Of a stretch of 33,906 nucleotides of DNA, positions 31,586-33,906 are shown piece after piece. Origin of the DNA: Dimargaris cristalligena. Lineage: Eukaryota. The notes beneath the pieces were generated by a model that saw only the letters and a list, made by a program, of their open reading frames with translations, did no database searches and was not told the DNA's origin. The stretch covers positions 1 through 33,906 of the forward strand of contig ML002400.1 in NCBI GenBank assembly GCA_003614675.1, given 5' to 3'. The position numbers and the translations under genes were made by a program. The stretch's first letter is position 1. Every line of letters starts with the position of its first letter.

Positions 31586-32130
31586 TGTATATTCCTATTA
31601 GGCCTTATAGTGCTACATTAACCTCCCATGGTTACCCCCGGTACTATGGGATTACCCTATACTATAAAACCTTCCCCCTTCTGGACTCCACCTCTTTACA
31701 CTAATCACTCAAGTACTGATCCAAAGACTCTTCCAGTTACCATTATAGTCTTCCAGACCCTAATGGCCATCTGGTTGGCCTATTTTACTATACCTTAGTC
31801 TTAGTAGTATCCTTCCCCCAGGGCCTCCATCTAGAGTTGTCCCCACATATATATAACCAGGCCCTATTGGGACCAGTTAGATTCTGGAGCTTATTCTTAC
31901 CCCCTGGTTTACCCCTAATAAACCCTATATACACTTAATCCCCTCATATTAACTAGTAAGTGTGCCTGATACATGTCCCTTGCCTATAACTGCACTAAGA
32001 GCCTTTATTAGTTAGTACTGTGCCTATACCTAACATTAGTGACCCACTTGGCTGAGCCTAAGCCTCATCTACTGTTAGAAGCCTATCCTCAGGACTCTTG
32101 ATAGACTAAGAGTAGTTAACCCAGGTGACA
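31586..32130 (+). mobile_element. LTR-like repeat copy B
   Basis: Begins TGT and ends ACA; TATATATAA at 31848-31856 and AATAAA at 31917-31922; non-coding; inverted homolog of 30764-31300. Confidence 0.6.
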
Positions 32131-32132
32131 CC

Positions 32133-33744
32133 CTTCTTTACCTGCATTTACATTACCACTTAGTCTGTTAGTACTAGATTTTCACTGCCTGGAATCATTT
32201 AGTGGGTGATGAGACCTAGAGTTTAGTTCTATTAACTACCAGTGTGAATCCATCTGATACATCTGTATGGCAGTGGGTCATTGATTTCTAAGAAGAGTGG
32301 GATCACAGAACTGTGGAGTGGGAGGTTAAAACCCATCACTCCTGATTAGGCACAGAGACACTGGTCATCCTACAGCCTAGGATTGAAAAGGAAGTCATGG
32401 CCATGTCCCAGTTGCCCTAATACTGCTGGTTGTGGTTTGCTACTAGTGAATGAGAGTGGGTTCCCCCCCAGTGACACTATTCACCCCATTTACTTAACCT
32501 AGCTCTACTGTGAAGCCTAGCTCTGTGTCACTTTGGTAGAATTCCAGGAATGTGTTGACAAAGAGGCCTACTACCTTTGCCAATGCTAGTTATTTCCCTT
32601 GCATTTCAAATACCCATTGGAAGTGAAAAATTTTGATGTCCTAGATCAGCTGCCCTGGAAAGTATTAGAATCATATGCAATAGCCTTCCCAGATGCCCCA
32701 ATAGTTTCCTTGGCCCAGGCCATCTTGGTGGGGGCTGTTAAAGTGCCTCAGGATTTAGCCACCACAGCTGGGGAAGCCTTGACCATGTTAAATAGCCTAG
32801 ATGAGACTGCTATTTCAGTACTTCACCTCCCATTGACTGTGTGTACAATTTGCCTGGTTCAGGCTGACTCCTACTGGGTCCTTGGTACCCATTATTTACC
32901 CAATTCCCAATAGGCATATGAGGCTATCCTAGCCCTGAACTCTGACTCCCTGCCAGTGCAGCTGGGCTTCACCACAGTCCTGAACTCCCAGGGCCAGTTT
33001 GCCCAACCAGTCACACTACTGCACACCTTCATGGAGTGGGATCCAGATTATCAACTGGCCCTGGCCAAACTTAGGTATGTCAATTTCCAAAACCAGACCT
33101 GGGAAGAGGCTGAGGGGCTGGTCAAGCAGGCCATCACCCTTCCACCCCACACTGTGGAATACTATTTCCAGCTTAGATGTATCTATTAGGAGAGGGGCAA
33201 GACTTACCAGAGTGACAAGTCCCCGACCCTCAGAGCCTGGTTGCAGGCTGCCCAACTTTTTCCCCAGCTGGATAAGGCCTTCTTTTGGTTGGGTCAGTTT
33301 TACAAATGGGAAGCCTAGGCTAATTCCAATCATCCAGCCCCGGCTCTGGCCCAGCAGACTCTCAAATGCTACTAATGGGCCTTTGAACTCAATCCCCAGA
33401 ACAACAGTAACACTGCCCAGTGGTTGATCTAGTTGTATGCAACTGAGTACCAGTGGACTCTGGTGGCCCACATTACCCAAACAGTTATGCAGGTGAATTC
33501 CTGGACTGGTGGGGCCTGGTAGATCATTACTATAAACCATTGGCACTGGACCAGCTGGTACTTGAAGGCTATTATAACCATGTCTAGTACCCCCAAAAAT
33601 TCTGAATCCTTGGCCATCGAGGGTGGGATCATCATGGTGGTGGTAGTTTGGGAAGGGCTGGGTGAGACTTACTTCTATGACAGAGGTACATGGTGGCCCA
33701 ACAGGTACTCCAGAGCACCCTGGAACTGGTGGAGGCAGAGGTAG
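32133..33744 (+). pseudogene. SKI3: Degenerate fragment of a Ski3/TTC37 (superkiller complex TPR subunit) gene
   Basis: Frame +1 through stops reads EYYFQLRCIY*ERGKTYQSDKSPTLRAWLQAAQLFPQLDKAFFWLGQFY...LKCY*WAFELNP...WEGLGETYFYDRG, which matches the Ski3/TTC37 central TPRs as I recall them. Upstream frame +3 (VIDF*EEWDHRTVEWEVKTHHS*LG...EKEVMAMSQL) resembles the fungal Ski3 N-proximal block. Multiple stops and at least one frameshift. Confidence 0.75.
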
Positions 33745-33906
33745 GGACTGAGACAGAGGCAAACCTGCCCTTAGCTGTATCTATCCACTGTGTAAAGAAC
33801 TGAACTCAAATCCTTGAAAACTGAACTTTATTCAAAAAGATAGGTGATAAAAAGGGAAAGGTGATGATAGACTTGCTGTTCCAAGAGGTGGCAGCAAGGG
33901 GGAGTA

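Noticed and set aside
33016-33762. 248-aa minus-strand ORF
   Set aside because: Antisense shadow of the SKI3 pseudogene with no recognizable motifs.
1-33906. CRISPR arrays, rRNA/tRNA genes, intact transposase or reverse transcriptase
   Set aside because: None seen by inspection; no regularly spaced repeat array or TE coding motifs found.

Overview
Eukaryotic, fungal-type genomic DNA (GT-AG introns, Zn2Cys6 regulator). An early-diverging, NRPS-rich lineage such as Dimargaritales/Zoopagomycota is my inference, not something the sequence proves. Left to right: (1) a mosaic first 84 bp made of two copied pieces joined by microhomology, most likely an amplification or assembly chimera; (2) the 3' end of an NRPS that terminates in an epimerization-like domain; (3) a convergent, intronless 11.9-kb NRPS (partial C-A-T-E-C-[dead A-T-C]-A-T-R) whose C-terminal Asub-T-R part looks strongly Lys2-derived and whose middle has lost almost all CpG while staying open; (4) a gene-poor spacer containing a small Pro-rich frame interrupted by stops; (5) a 919-aa disordered repeat protein divergent from a Zn2Cys6 transcription factor; (6) a 4-exon RlmN-like radical-SAM RNA methyltransferase with an organellar-type leader; (7) a nearly CpG-free terminal 3.6 kb holding two inverted ~540-bp LTR-like copies and a stop-riddled SKI3/TTC37 pseudogene. 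The strongest signals are the NRPS-Lys2 chimera with a retained dead module and a localized CpG/RIP-like hypermutation affecting both repeats and a still-open NRPS. Family assignments come from motif recognition by eye; no searches were run.
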